From NCBI GenBank assembly GCA_951406725.2, contig OX597828.1, forward strand, positions 15,128,001-15,192,000: a DNA stretch of 64,000 nucleotides, given 5' to 3'. This document shows positions 1-12,079 of this stretch, piece after piece. The number at the start of each line of letters is the position of its first letter. Position 1 is the first letter of the stretch. Both the position numbers and the translations under genes were made by a program. The DNA comes from Octopus vulgaris (Eukaryota). The notes under the pieces are model-generated. The model ran no database searches, was not told the origin of the DNA, and saw only the letters and a program-made list of their open reading frames with translations.

Positions 1-539
1 GCTATTTAGTTTCATTTCATCAAGTGAAGACAAGCAATGAGATTTTATAGCAATTGATTTCAAATCATAATAGAGATGGGAATATATAAGGAGGGATCAC
101 CAACAAAGGAACAAGTTGAGCAATAGTTTTTTGTTTTTTTTTTCAGTGATCTTCTCAATTTAAATATAACAAAGTCATGTCATTTAAGCATTTCGTTATC
201 ACATTTCTGTTGAAACACATTGCTTTGCCTTTGTTTCAATTAATTTTGAAAAAAATGAAGAATTCGATAAAATAACATTATCATTATTAAGTAGCGTTTG
301 GCACATAAATTAACATGAAGTTTGTGCCATAGAACTAGAGAAGTTATGGGCAGGTTGGGTTTAAAAGGATTAAGGAAATCATATTTCTGAATTATAGAAG
401 AATGCAAGCTATGCAAAACAATAAATGTATCTTTCCACTAAACAAAAAAAAAAAAAGATCAGATGCCTGAAATATAGAAAGCTAAAGAAACATCTATTTA
501 GATCAAGTTGTCAAGGATTGTAAATGCAAAGATTTCTGT

Positions 540-1227
540 CACTTTAACCGCCGTATGGTCATTAAAAATGTCCCACCTCTTTTGCAATTGTAGTGAGTCT
601 AGTTCTTTGCTTGGACAGTGGTCAAATAGGAATCAGCACAAATATAGCACCTTCATCTACAGACTGATTTATAAATGTTATCAAGGGAACTGGATTCTAT
701 TTTGGCTGCTGCTTCAAATAGGACATTGAGAGGAAGTTTAATCATGCTGGTAAACCTTTGGAATTTCTTTGAGTAGCTTCCAGTGGACCACTTGTGTGAT
801 AGCTTGTCCCAAATTCAATGAAGAGTTTTCAAGGAGTCTTTGTTACACACACTTAAAAGAAATCTCAAAAGAAGTCTCTAATGGTCTCTTCTTGACTTTA
901 TATGTGTGTGTGTGTATATAAGTGGAGGCACAATGACCCAGTGGTTAGGGCAGCGAACTCGCAGTCGGAGGATCGCGGTTTTGATTCCCAGACTGGGCGT
1001 TGTGTGTGTTTATTGAGTGAAAGCTCCACGAGGCTCTGGCAGGGGGTAGTGGTGACCCCTGTTGTACTCTTTCGTCACAACTTTCTCTCACTCTCTCTTC
1101 CTGTTTCTTAAGTAACACTGCGATGGACTTGCATCACGTCCAACTGGGAAGAACATATACGCCACAGAAACTGAGGAAACCCGTGAGCCCGGCTAGACTT
1201 GAAAAGGGCAACGTCTATCGTTATATA

Positions 1228-1269
<42 letters not shown>

Positions 1270-1610
1270 CAGTTACAGCCTGAAATTGACAGCAAAAGCT
1301 TTGTAGAATTGTTACATAAGATTCCATATCTACTATAGCTAGTTAATGTTTTTGTGACAGCAATTGGAATCTGCAAAAAATTATATACTGTTGTTAAATG
1401 AAACTGCGACAGAGTAACTTTTACAGTATTATAGTAAATGCCTCTATAATATGGCTGAAGACTGATGGCTATATAAGTAAGTTGAATGAGTCCTTGATGT
1501 TCAGTTGGGTCTAAGAATTCTGGAAGAAAATTCAGAAATGTAGTTTTCCAGTATGCTCATACTGCTATTGCATCTGATGGAGTACTGTCAAAGCAATGTG
1601 AACAAAGATA
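540..1610 (-). mobile_element. Degenerate Gypsy LTR-retrotransposon gag relic, interrupted by a SINE and (TA)n
   Basis: Frameshifted minus-strand pieces in gag order: FDSTPSDA..YWKTTFLNF (~1590-1520), CQFQAVTA (~1290-1267), QEETIRD, QRLLENSSLNLGQAITQ, LEATQRNS (~893-760), and a knuckle remnant HCP..YNCKR.GHF (~620-565). Confidence 0.65.
922..1220 (+). mobile_element. tRNA-derived SINE, family C
   Basis: Pol III A/B-box-like head (cagtggttagggc...ggttttgattcc); body contains tgcgatggac..gtcc, resembling the V-SINE domain; related copies at 23.7, 30.4, 48.8 and 61.1 kb. Confidence 0.8.
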
Positions 1611-1899
1611 TTTTTCTTTTAATATTGTTTTATTTCACTGCAGAAAGATGTCTCCAGAAATACTTTCAAGTTTAACATGATAAGAATAATTGTTTAAGTT
1701 TGCACAGAAAAAGAAATTATTGTGACAAGAAACAATTACTGAGAATGAAATCGTTTTATCTGGTATAAATAGGTTCTGTATTTGAAGAACAAGTGTAAGC
1801 ATGTCCAACTTTACTGAAAATGGCTGACTGCCAGCCTTTAATCAAAGTATATCTATCATAAAGTACCTGAACCAAAACTAACAACAATGATTTCATGGC

Positions 1900-3830
1900 A
1901 CTTAGGTTTTCCAATCTCTCTACCATCATTAGCAATGAAATAATCTACCACCATCATCAATAAATTAATCAGGATATAAATTTGGTTTCGATTTTCTATT
2001 TAGAGTTTAGTTGATAGTTCGCCATGTCTTTTTTCTTTACCTTTTTCTAAGGGGAGGGAGGTGTTATATCATTTATTTTTACATTAGGAAAATAGGCTAG
2101 AGTTCTGCGTTTAGTATGCATTTCCAATAAGTCGATTGTTAGATTGAATATTTGTTTTTAAATATCTTTTCCTTCAACTCTGTGGATCCTAAATCTTCAA
2201 CTGTTCTATATACATGTGAACTCCTCGTTCATTTAATTTTCAAAAAAAATTTAGATAACATTTGCCATCAATAATTCTTTTCTTGATTATATTTATTAAA
2301 CTTAATGTTTGAGAGTGCTAGGTGATTTTTTTTTATATCTTTTATTTTTCTGATAATTAAAAGAAGACATACAGTATTTTCATTAACACAGTCACTATTC
2401 AATATTTAATTTTGTCTGAATAATAATCCATGGTCACTATTTAACATGTAATCTTGTCTGAACAATCCATGGTTACTATTTAACATGTAATCTTGTCTGA
2501 ATAATTCATCGTTACTATTTAACATGTAATTTTGTCTGAATAATCCATCGTTACTATTTAACATGTAATTTCATCTGAATAATCCATGGTTACTATTTAA
2601 CAAGTAATCTTGTCTGAATAATCCATAGTCACTATTTAACATGTAATTTTGTCTGAATAATCCATGGTTACTATTTAACATGTAATTTTGTCTGAATAAT
2701 CCATGGTTACTATTTAACATGTAATTTTGTCTGAATAATCCATGGTTACTATTTAACATGTAATTTTGTCTGAATAATCCATCGTTACAATTTAACATGT
2801 AATTTTGTCTGAATAATCCATGGTTACTATTTAACAAGTAATCTTGTCTGAATAATCCATAGTCACTATTTAACATGTAATTTTGTCTGAATAATCCATC
2901 ATTACTATTTAACATGTAATTTTGTCTGAATAATCCATCGTTACTATTTAACATGTAATTTTGTCTGAATAATCCATGATTACTATTTAACAAGTAATCT
3001 TGTCTGAATAATCCATAGTCACTATTTAACATGTAATTTTGTCTGAATAATCCATCATTACTATTTAACATGTAATTTTGTCTGAATAATCCATGATTAC
3101 TATTTAACATGTAATCTTGTCTGAATAGTCACTGATACACCATAATTTTAATGAGGACAGGCTTTATCAATTCATCCAGAAATGCAAAACGGGACAAGTG
3201 ATCAGAAAAACGTTTGAACGAAATTCCTAAATAGAGGCAATAATGATAGGAGAAACTCTTCCACATAAGTGTTCAATTAAGCTGGCATTTTTATCAGAGA
3301 ATCATGTTGGCAATGTTATTTTGGGACATAAATTATTGTTCATTATGTCGCAAATTTGCCGCTATCAATCCAAAGATTAATGTTAAAATCACATGTGACT
3401 ATAAATGAGTTCACTAGCTTTTCATTTGATGTTTTGGCAAAAACCATTATGACACATTTCATGTGTATCACATGGTGAAAAATAAAAAAGGAAAATTCCA
3501 TAGATTTATTGATTTTATTCTGGTTAATATCGATAATTTCACTAACTTGACATTCTCAAGAATCAGGATAGAAGATTTAAGTTTTAGATCCTCAACATTA
3601 AAGCACGTCTTCATATAGAAAATTAGGCCACCATTTTTCCCTTCAACAGTTTGATTATGTGAGAAACAGTTATAGATGCCTAATTTTAGATTATTACCAA
3701 AATGTTCATGTATATGGTTTTCCTGAAAACAGATTATGGGAAATTCAAAGTTTAAGGTAACTAAATCATTTATAAAACGATTTTTTACCTTGATCATAAA
3801 TAAAAGATTTGAGATAGCACAGAGAAGTAA
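1900..3830 (-). mobile_element. Decayed CR1/L2-type LINE ORF2 fragment (APE endonuclease and linker), split by a minisatellite
   Basis: Minus-strand motifs IICFQENH and KNGGLIFY (ORF 3468-3797), CDFNINL (~3395-3375), SDHL (~3205), then ILNSDCVNEN and KFNKYN past the repeat. Confidence 0.65.
2395..3131. repeat. 39-bp minisatellite, about 18-19 copies
   Basis: Unit ATGTAATTTTGTCTGAATAATCCATGGTTACTATTTAAC repeated head to tail with recurring variants and no spacers. Confidence 0.97.
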
Positions 3831-4396
3831 TGTATATTGGAACTGAAAATGGAGAAAGAATCGCTCACTCCAACTTAATCAGCTTTTGTACATCTGTGGA
3901 ATTGAATTATGACCAATTGTTTGCCAAGGAGAGAAGTTTCTATACCATTCATGTTTTCAATCAAAAGAGAAATTTTTGCTAAGACTGCTCTCTCAATCAA
4001 AAGACTAAGCATGCCATAATACAGAAAATCAGGCAACCATTCTCCCAAGCTTCAATCAGAGAAAAACAGAGCCATCTACTTTAAGATAATTACTAAACTG
4101 TTTGGGTATGTGGCTTGTCTCAAAGACAAATTCCAAAATATTCAGAGTTTGTATTACCTAAACCATGTCATATACATATATGTCAGTTTTTATGTTAAGT
4201 TATATATATATATATAAAAACAATTCAACATTAAACTGAAGGATTAATCAATAGTAGAGTACATGGTTGATTAAACTTTTTTACAAGGAAAAGTTGACAG
4301 TGACATCAGACAGTCTGACAAAGACAAGCTAACTGAAACATTGAAGTTACTGTCAACCTTTTCTTCATAAAAATACAACTACACACACATTTTTAT

Positions 4397-4436
<40 letters not shown>

Positions 4437-4440
4437 CAGG

Positions 4441-4474
<34 letters not shown>

Positions 4475-4478
<4 letters not shown>

Positions 4479-5905
4479 GTTAAGTGAAAAGCAAGTAACG
4501 TTTTGAACCATGAAGAATTTGTACTATATTCTTACAGAGTTTTGAATTTTAAAAAAATATTTTTTGCACCCAAATGCATCAATAAATTAACATTGGTATT
4601 TTTTTCACCATTGTTACAATCATCTGATATGGAACTGTCAAAGCACAATATTCAAGCAATTTTGCTATTCAACTTCAAAAAAGGATGTAAAGCAGCTAAA
4701 ACTGCTTGCGATATCAAAGAAATGTTTGGTGAGGAAATGACCAGTGAGTGGTCAGCTCAAAAATGGTTTAAACGATTACGCAGTGGAGACCTGAGCCTTG
4801 AAGATCATGAGTGTAGTGGACGCACAGCTGTCATTGATGACGCCCAGTTAAAGACTGTCATTGAGAAACATCCACATAAAACTACTCAAGAACTGGAAAA
4901 GAACTTCAAGTTAGCCAGAAAACAGCCAGCAATCATTTGCATGGGATCGGAAAATCAAAAAAGCTTGACAAATGGGTACCACACGATTTGATTGAAAATC
5001 AGAAAATGCGTAGATATGAAATTTGCTTGTTGCTTCTTCTCTATAACCAGACTGTACTGTAACTTGTGATAAAAAGAGGATTCTGTACAATAATAAAACA
5101 TTTTTTGCAGTAGTCAAACCAAAATGAAGCACTGAAAACTTCCCCAAATCCAAGCTCTTCAAAAAGAAGGTTATGGTGACTGTTTGGTGGACTCATCCAC
5201 TATAGCTCCTTGAAACCTAAAAAAACCATTATTGCAGAAACATATTGCCATGAAATTGCCAAAATGAATGAAAAACTGCTATGCCTCTGTCCCAGACTGG
5301 TCAACAGAAGAGAGCCAATCATTCTTCATGACAATGCTCGACCACACAAAAGGTGATGAGCTGACAGAAACGTTAGCATGCTGGGTGAAATGCTTAGTGG
5401 TATTTCGTTTGTCTTTATGTTCTGAGTTCAGATTCTGCCGAGGTTGACTTTGCCTTTCATCCTTTTGGGTTCGATAAATTAAGTACCAGTTGCATACTGG
5501 GATCAATCTAATCAACTGGCCCCTCCTTCCCAACAAAAATTTTGGGCCTTGTGCCTAGAGTAGAAAAGAATGCTTGACCACATGATGCTCCAGAAGGTGA
5601 GGGAACTTGGCAACGAAGTTCTTCCCACCCAGCTTATTCCCTAGACCTTTCTCCTACTGACTACCACTTTTTCAAACACCTTGATGGTTTCCTGTGAGAG
5701 GAGGAGTTCAAAAATGAAACCAATGCTGAAAGTGCATTCAAAGAGTTCATCAGCTCCAGGACTTGATTTTTATGTTACCAGATTAACTCGTTAGCAAAAA
5801 TGTGTTGATTGTAATGGTACTTACTTTGATGAATAAAATTTCTGCATTGTTGAAATATATTGTGATGAATTTCATGTTTCAAAATGTTGCTTACTTTTTA
5901 CTCAG

Positions 5906-5910
<5 letters not shown>
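4475..5910 (+). mobile_element. Mariner DNA transposon with pseudogenised transposase
   Basis: Imperfect ~40-bp TIRs (TCAGGTTAAGTGAAAAGCAAGTAACGTTTTGAACCATGAA / TTCATGTTTCAAAATGTTGCTTACTTTTTACTCAGCGTGA) in TA context. ATG at 4629; HTH region WFKRLRSGDLSLED..SGR; WVPHDL, VTCD, HDNARPH and YSLDLSPTDYHFF motifs; frameshifts and stops. Confidence 0.93.
5347..5568 (+). mobile_element. tRNA-derived SINE, family B, inserted in the mariner catalytic motif
   Basis: 14-bp TSD aatgct(c/t)gaccaca at 5333-5346 and 5569-5582; body gactttgcctttcatcc...gataaattaagtaccag resembles the Meta/Sauria-type SINE domain. Confidence 0.9.
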
Positions 5911-5943
<33 letters not shown>

Positions 5944-6023
5944 TCCTGAGTGCCATACTAATACAATTGTTTGTTTGTACTCCACCTGCCTTCGTCTTTT
6001 GTTTATTTTCATAAAGCTTCCCG

Positions 6024-6068
<45 letters not shown>

Positions 6069-6071
<3 letters not shown>

Positions 6072-7705
6072 GAGATAGATGCTTTATACTAAAACATCTT
6101 AATTAGGAGCAGAATTAGGCTAGACAAAATGCAGTTTGGCTTCACCCTGAGCATAAGCGCTACTGATACTATTTCCATAGTCAGGCAACTGCAAGAGAAG
6201 TACTTAGCTAAGAATAAATCATTATACTTGGCATTCATTGATCTAGAGAAAGCCTTCCATAGAGTTCCTCGCTGTGCAATATGATGGGCTCTGAGGTTAA
6301 GGGTAGATGAGTGACGTGTGGAAGCTGTACAGGCCATATACAGAGAGAGTGTAAGGTGAGAGTTAACCACAAGGACAACAAAGAATTTGGTTGACAAGTA
6401 GGCGTTCATCAAGGGTCAGTCTTTAGTCCCCTCCTTTTTATCATTGTCCTCCAGACCATAACGAAGAAATTCAAAACTAGCAGCCCCAGTGAACTACTAT
6501 ATGTTGATGATCTTGCCCTCATAAGCAGACTCTATACTGGAGCTAGAAAAGAAATTCCAGGTGTGGAAGCAAAACCTGGAATCAAAGGGCCATAATGTTA
6601 ACTTAGCAAGAACTAAGGTTTTAGTAAGGAAGAAAACAGACAGGACCCCACCCACTTCTGATAAGTGGCTTTACTCGATATGTAAGAAAGGTGTAGGCAG
6701 GAATTCCATGCAGTGTACTCTGTATAAGCTGTGGACACATAAAAGGTGCTGTGGAAAAGTAGGAAGGTTATCAGAGAAAGTGTTGTTTGTATGTGGAAGA
6801 TGCACAAGAGCCATAAGAACTGCTGATACTCAGGAAATTGACTTTCTCAAATGCCCCAGAGGGTCATTAGAGGTAGTGGACGATTTCTGCTACCTAGGGG
6901 ATAAAATAAGCAGTGAAGGAGGATGTACAGAAAGTGTAATGGCTAGAATAAGAATAGAATGGAGGAAATTCAGAGAGCTTTTACTTCTGTTGACAATCAT
7001 AGGTTTCTCTCTCCGGCTGAGAGGAAGACTGCATGATGCATGTATACAAACAGTAACCCTAAATGGGAGGGAGATGTGGGCCCTGAATGTAGAGGTCATG
7101 TGAACATTAGAGAGGAATAAGGCAAGTATGCTCCGCTGGATGTGTAATGTAAGCATACATGTTCGACAGAGTGCTAATGTACTGAAAGAGAAGTTAGGCA
7201 AAAGAGGAATTAGTTGCTGTGTGCAAGAGAGAATACTGTGTTGGTTTGGTCATGTGATGAGAATGGATGCTGACAGCTCCATAAAGAGTCAATCTTTCAA
7301 AGTGGATGGAACATGTGGAAGAGGGAGACCGGGGAAGACATGGGACGAAGTACTGAAGGACGACGTCAGGATGTTGAACCTTCCAGACAAGATGACAAAG
7401 GACCAAGATACCTGGCACCTTGCTGTACTCAACAAGACTCGTCATACATAGAAGTGTTAAGGCTACTTCCTCTGGTGAGGAGGATTGGCCTGCAAGAGTG
7501 CTGCACTGGGGTCACATAAAAAGTACTTGTGCGGTGTCACGTTAAAAGCACCTAGCCCCAACTGTAAAGTGGATGGCGTTAGGAAGGGCATCCTGCCGTA
7601 GAAACGAAGCCAAATCCGACTGGAACCTGGTGCAACTCCAGTTTGCCAGCTCCACTCAAACCGTCTGACCCATGCCACCATGGAAAACAGACGTTAAAGG
7701 ATGAT
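6069..7705 (+). mobile_element. 5'-truncated RTE-clade LINE (RT domain, Cys-rich insert, 3' tail)
   Basis: RT motifs QFGF, AFIDLEKAFHRVP, GVHQGSVFSPLLF, LLYVDDL and FCYLG; C-terminal WFGHVMRM..GRGRPGKTW; 3' tail ggcgttaggaagggcatcc...gacgttaaa + TGA repeats; several stops and frameshifts. Confidence 0.93.
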
Positions 7706-7937
7706 ATTGTGTATGTGTGTGTATGTGGAATTTGAACTCACAGGGAATTTGTTATAGCTTAGCTATGTTCACCAGACCCTATAAATAACTCTAAACAAAG
7801 TTCCAGTTTTTCCAAATAACAGCTAAATGGTTATCAGAGGATGGAGTTAGAGAACCTGTACGAAAAACAAAGGGCAAACGAAAGATTACGAAAAATATTT
7901 TTTTCAAAAACCCTCACTTTTAATTTATTCTAAAATC

Positions 7938-8070
7938 GGCGTAAGTACCAGTGTAAGTACCAAATACATTTCAAGAAAGTGTTTGTTTTTTTATATATGG
8001 GGGGTTAGGGTTTCTGTTATCTTCAGAAATGTAAACAAAGTCATGTGTGTACTTATACCGAAGGATTGCC
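7938..8070. mobile_element. 133-bp MITE with GG...CC ends, 8-bp TSD and a TTAGGG motif
   Basis: TSD ctaaaatc at 7930-7937 and 8071-8078; right end reads GGCAATCCTTCGGTATAAGTAC inward; internal ggggttaggg. Confidence 0.75.
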
Positions 8071-8104
8071 CTAAAATCTACTAGCAATTAAAAAATAAAT
8101 AGAT

Positions 8105-9176
8105 ATTTTTCTTTATTAGCCACACAGGGCTGCACACAGATGGGACAAATTACAAGGTAGAGCTTTTATTTTGGGGATAAAAAAAGGGGGGTTGGTTTTC
8201 GATCAAAAGGGATTGTAAAAGGAAGGAAAGAGGAAAGCAAAAGAAAAAAAAAGAAAAAAAGGGAAAAATTTTAAATAAAAAATCAATCAATAGGGATCGT
8301 TATCACAGAAATGTCAATATGAAGTGCAAAGGGGAAGACAGGTGCGGTTTACCCATAGAAAGAAAAGCCTACGGAAAAGACCACGGTAACCTCGGTCAAT
8401 GAAGTCACATGCTACATTTTTTTTTTTTACAAATAAGTAACTCTCTGTATTCAATTTTTACCGTTTATAGGATCATACTCAAGGTGGCTTCGTCATTCAT
8501 ACGTGCCATCCTTGCTACATTCACCCATCTTTTTTTTAAACATTCACTAGACAAAATTTGCCTCTCTACTCTCACTTTCCTTTTCAAGTGATACTTGAAG
8601 AACTTGAAGAAGTTGATGAGAGATTGACCAGAGAGGAGAGTGTTTGTCTCTAATCCTTTCAGGCGCGTCCACCAGATACATTCTTTCGCCATAGCCACAA
8701 GTATGATAAAAATGGCTCTTCCTTCCCGTTTGAAGGAAGGAGGCGTGACGATATTAACGATAGACTCGGCTGATAAACCAACACGTCCTACACGTGACAG
8801 CAGTCGTTCGACAAGTCCACAGGTCGGTGATTGTTGGACACTGCACGATTGCGTGCAGAACGGTTTCGTCGCTCTAACCGCATCTCGGGCAGGTCGGCCT
8901 CGTGTTTCTCGAGCCATGCCTATAGAGCTTATCCCGAACAGGTAGCGCTTCTCGGTAGCACTGCTAGGCCAGGGATCTCTGGAAGTTGTCCATAGGTCCC
9001 GGCCCGAAAGTCGTCTCAAAAAGGCGGGTCAGGTATTCCTCGTTCGCCCCAAGATCGTCGTCATACCTCCCCTCCACGAATCCCTTATAGAATGCTTTGG
9101 TTGTGTTGAAGTCACTCAAGGTCGACCCGGGACGGCATAGTTGTTTGAGAGCAACGCGACACTCGCGGTGCCAACT
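8105..9176 (-). mobile_element. 3' fragment of a Tx1/L1-clade LINE
   Basis: GC-richer block; minus frame ...ALPVRDKLYRHG..TCPRCG*SDETVLHAIVQCP (zf-RVT CCHC), then AMAKECIWWTR; T-rich 3'UTR ending AATAAAGAAAAAT; inserted in a T-tract. Confidence 0.85.
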
Positions 9177-10451
9177 TTTTTCCCATTTTTTTTTTTTTTT
9201 TTTTCAAAATATGCGGAAAAATACGGAGATTATGATTCTGAAAAAATTTCCAAAAATCTTTGTGAAATATTTTTTTTAAGAATTTTTTTTTTTTTTTTTT
9301 TTTCTAAATATGCGGAAAAATACGGACATCATGATTCGGACAAAAATTTTAAAACATTTCTGTACTTACGGTTACGGTTTTAGGGTTAGGGTTTTAAAGT
9401 TAGGGTTGGGGGGTTAGTGTTGGCGAAAAAAGTCAAAATTGAATGAGTTGGGGGGAAAGGGAGGTGAATTTCACAATGCCGATTTTTGGCAATTTTCCTG
9501 AACCTCCGTATCCGAAAACAGGGATTTTGGGGAAAGAAATTACAAAAATAAACAAATTTGGGAGAAAATAGGGGGGACGGACGGAAGTCTTTCCCAGTGG
9601 TGTACTACAAGCATATCTGGGGTAGCTGTGCCACGGATTTTTAAAAATACGATCAGACTTCAGAAACAACTTAAGGCTTTATAAAATATTATTTACGGTT
9701 TTAGAAAATATAATTTAAAGATTTAAGAAACTTGTATTAATGTTTAAGTGTCTTGGAAAAAACGTATTGCTCATATTCTAATATACATCCTTAAGTGTGC
9801 ACCCTCCACCCGATTTTGGTTCCTCACAACTTTCAGAAATGATATTTTCTTTTAATAAAATTTTCAACAAATATTTTCCGGGTGGTGTTGTTAACGAAGA
9901 AACAAAGTCGATGGGAGGGGACACTTGTGTAGGTATTCACATATTTTTGCTATATTTTCAATGAGATTAATAAAACAAGGTTTTCTACAAACTTTTTTTC
10001 CAAAAATTTTAATATATAATCAACTAAATAAATCATATATTTTCTTGATTATTTATCAAAATAATTTCATTTGCAATAATTCAGTAAAAAAGAATTTACA
10101 AAAACGTTAGCAATAAAATGGAGGAGAAACAATAAAAGTAAATTAGCAACACATCTTTGTTTGAAAAAATTAGAGGTATGAAATGCCCGAGTAATATCTT
10201 CTTTGATCTCCAGGGCACCATGAAATCAAAAAGGCCACTGAAATTATAAAATGTCAATTTATTTTCGCTGGTTTCAGATGTTTATATATGGACAATGGCT
10301 TGTTTGAAATTAAGTCAGTGATTTTTTTTTTGTTTACCGGGAAGACGAAATGATTAATTTAGAATGACAGAAAAAACATTCTTAGATAACATTTGTTGAA
10401 AATATAGTAAATAAGTGATGTGTGAAAATTTTTCAGTGAAAATATACTCAC

Positions 10452-10600
10452 CAAACTATTTTCCGAAGACTATGTCTCAAGAGTAATTCAATAGCAACGT
10501 AATGATAATAGCCGAGACGGGAATTACTGAGTTCGTCAAAGACCGTAATCAATCGCAATATATCTCTCTCTCTCACTCACACACTCTCTCTCTTTTTTTT
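10452..10600 (-). other. Possible non-coding first exon of a second minus-strand gene extending left of the window
   Basis: Strong donor TTG|gtgagt at 10451; unique CpG-retaining sequence with a GA-rich leader; no downstream coding exon identified. Confidence 0.3.
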
Positions 10601-12079
10601 ATTCTTTGTAAGTTTTCAATTTTGGAGATGACGATGCTGCAAAGTTTTGGGTTTTTTTCAAAATTTTAAACTTTTTTTTGTCCCTTCCCAACTCATTTTC
10701 ACTTTTATGTTTTCTTTTTTTGTAGATTTTTTTTTAAATTTATGCTTTAACATCTAAGATTATAATTCTGTATTAAGAATAAACACAAAAAGAAAATTCC
10801 CCATTATTTGACCCGTTCATCTCTTGCCGTAAATGTTAAGCTTTTTTTTTTTTTTTTTTTTGCAGATTTACATTTATTTTTTAAATATCGGAGATTACAA
10901 ATAACCAAAAGTAAACTTTTCACAAATTCTATAGTTATTTGACAGACTTTCGCCTTTTAATTGCTGCCACATAAGACAAAAATCCGCAAAAAAAAAGAAT
11001 GGGGCGAAAATGTCCAATAGTTATGGAAAGGAGAAGGGGAAACAAAACATTTTTTTAAAGTCGTATAATCTTAGTTAAAATAATTCTAAATGATTGCGCT
11101 CATATGTGCATCAAATATATTTGTCAAATGTATATCAAACGTATTCAGTATAAAGAATTCTCTGATGATCGCTCGCATGATATCGTCTTCGCCCGATTGC
11201 TCAAAATGTTTACAGCTTGCTCGTAAAATTAACGTGCAAGTTGCTGAATACTCCGCAAACACGCGTACCCTTAATGTGGTTTGTAAGGGATATTCAACGA
11301 GACACAGAATGTAACGAGGCTGGTACTTATTCATTTTTACCAACTGAGCGAACTGGAGCAACGTGAAATAAGCATCTTGCTCAACGCACCTTGGTGAATT
11401 AATGGTTAATTTAGCTTCTATTTCTTGATACTAGCAAACCGAACGACTTGTAGAACTTCTCTTCATACATTGTAGGAACGGACCCAAGGGGAGGAGGGGC
11501 TGAGGGGCACGTCTCTCTTCAAAAAAAGAAATGCGCCCTTCTAAATAATGTCATTACGGCCTTTTCTCCTGGAATTGTATTCCCTTCTGACCTCGCGCCC
11601 TCCCTTCGAAAAATTCCTGAGACCACGCCTGCATTGCAGAGCAAATGAATAGTTATTTTAAGATCAACTGGCAGTTAGGGTCATTATAGAACCTTAGGCA
11701 AATCAATGCACTGGGCCCTATAGTTTTTATTTGTCTGCAAGCCACAGCACACATAGATTAGACTTGGGACCCGAGACCCGCTCGATGTGCCCATGCCTTA
11801 AGACAGTAGTGCGTGCAGTGCCGGATGATAAACTTAAAACCATAAGCTATATTAACTTTGGAGGATCTTTGCTATATATGTATGCATTTGTTATAACCTG
11901 TTGAGAGTTTAGCGATCTATTGTTTACTGAGTTCTTAGTTACCGTAGATAATAGCTTTCGATGTTTATACATCAATTTTCTCTATATAGATAGATGCCTT
12001 TTTAATTATTTTGAGGTTCTTGTGGATTGTGAGGCCATGAGATAAAATACTTTTTACTAAAGCCAGTACTCCCCACCAT

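Noticed and set aside
2395-3131. CRISPR array or repetitive protein gene (ORF 2571-3110)
   Set aside because: Units are contiguous with no unique spacers, the context is eukaryotic, and the ORF follows from the 39-bp unit inside a dead LINE.
4503-4991. SETMAR or an active transposase gene
   Set aside because: No SET domain; TIRs are present; frameshifts, stops and a SINE insertion disrupt the catalytic region.
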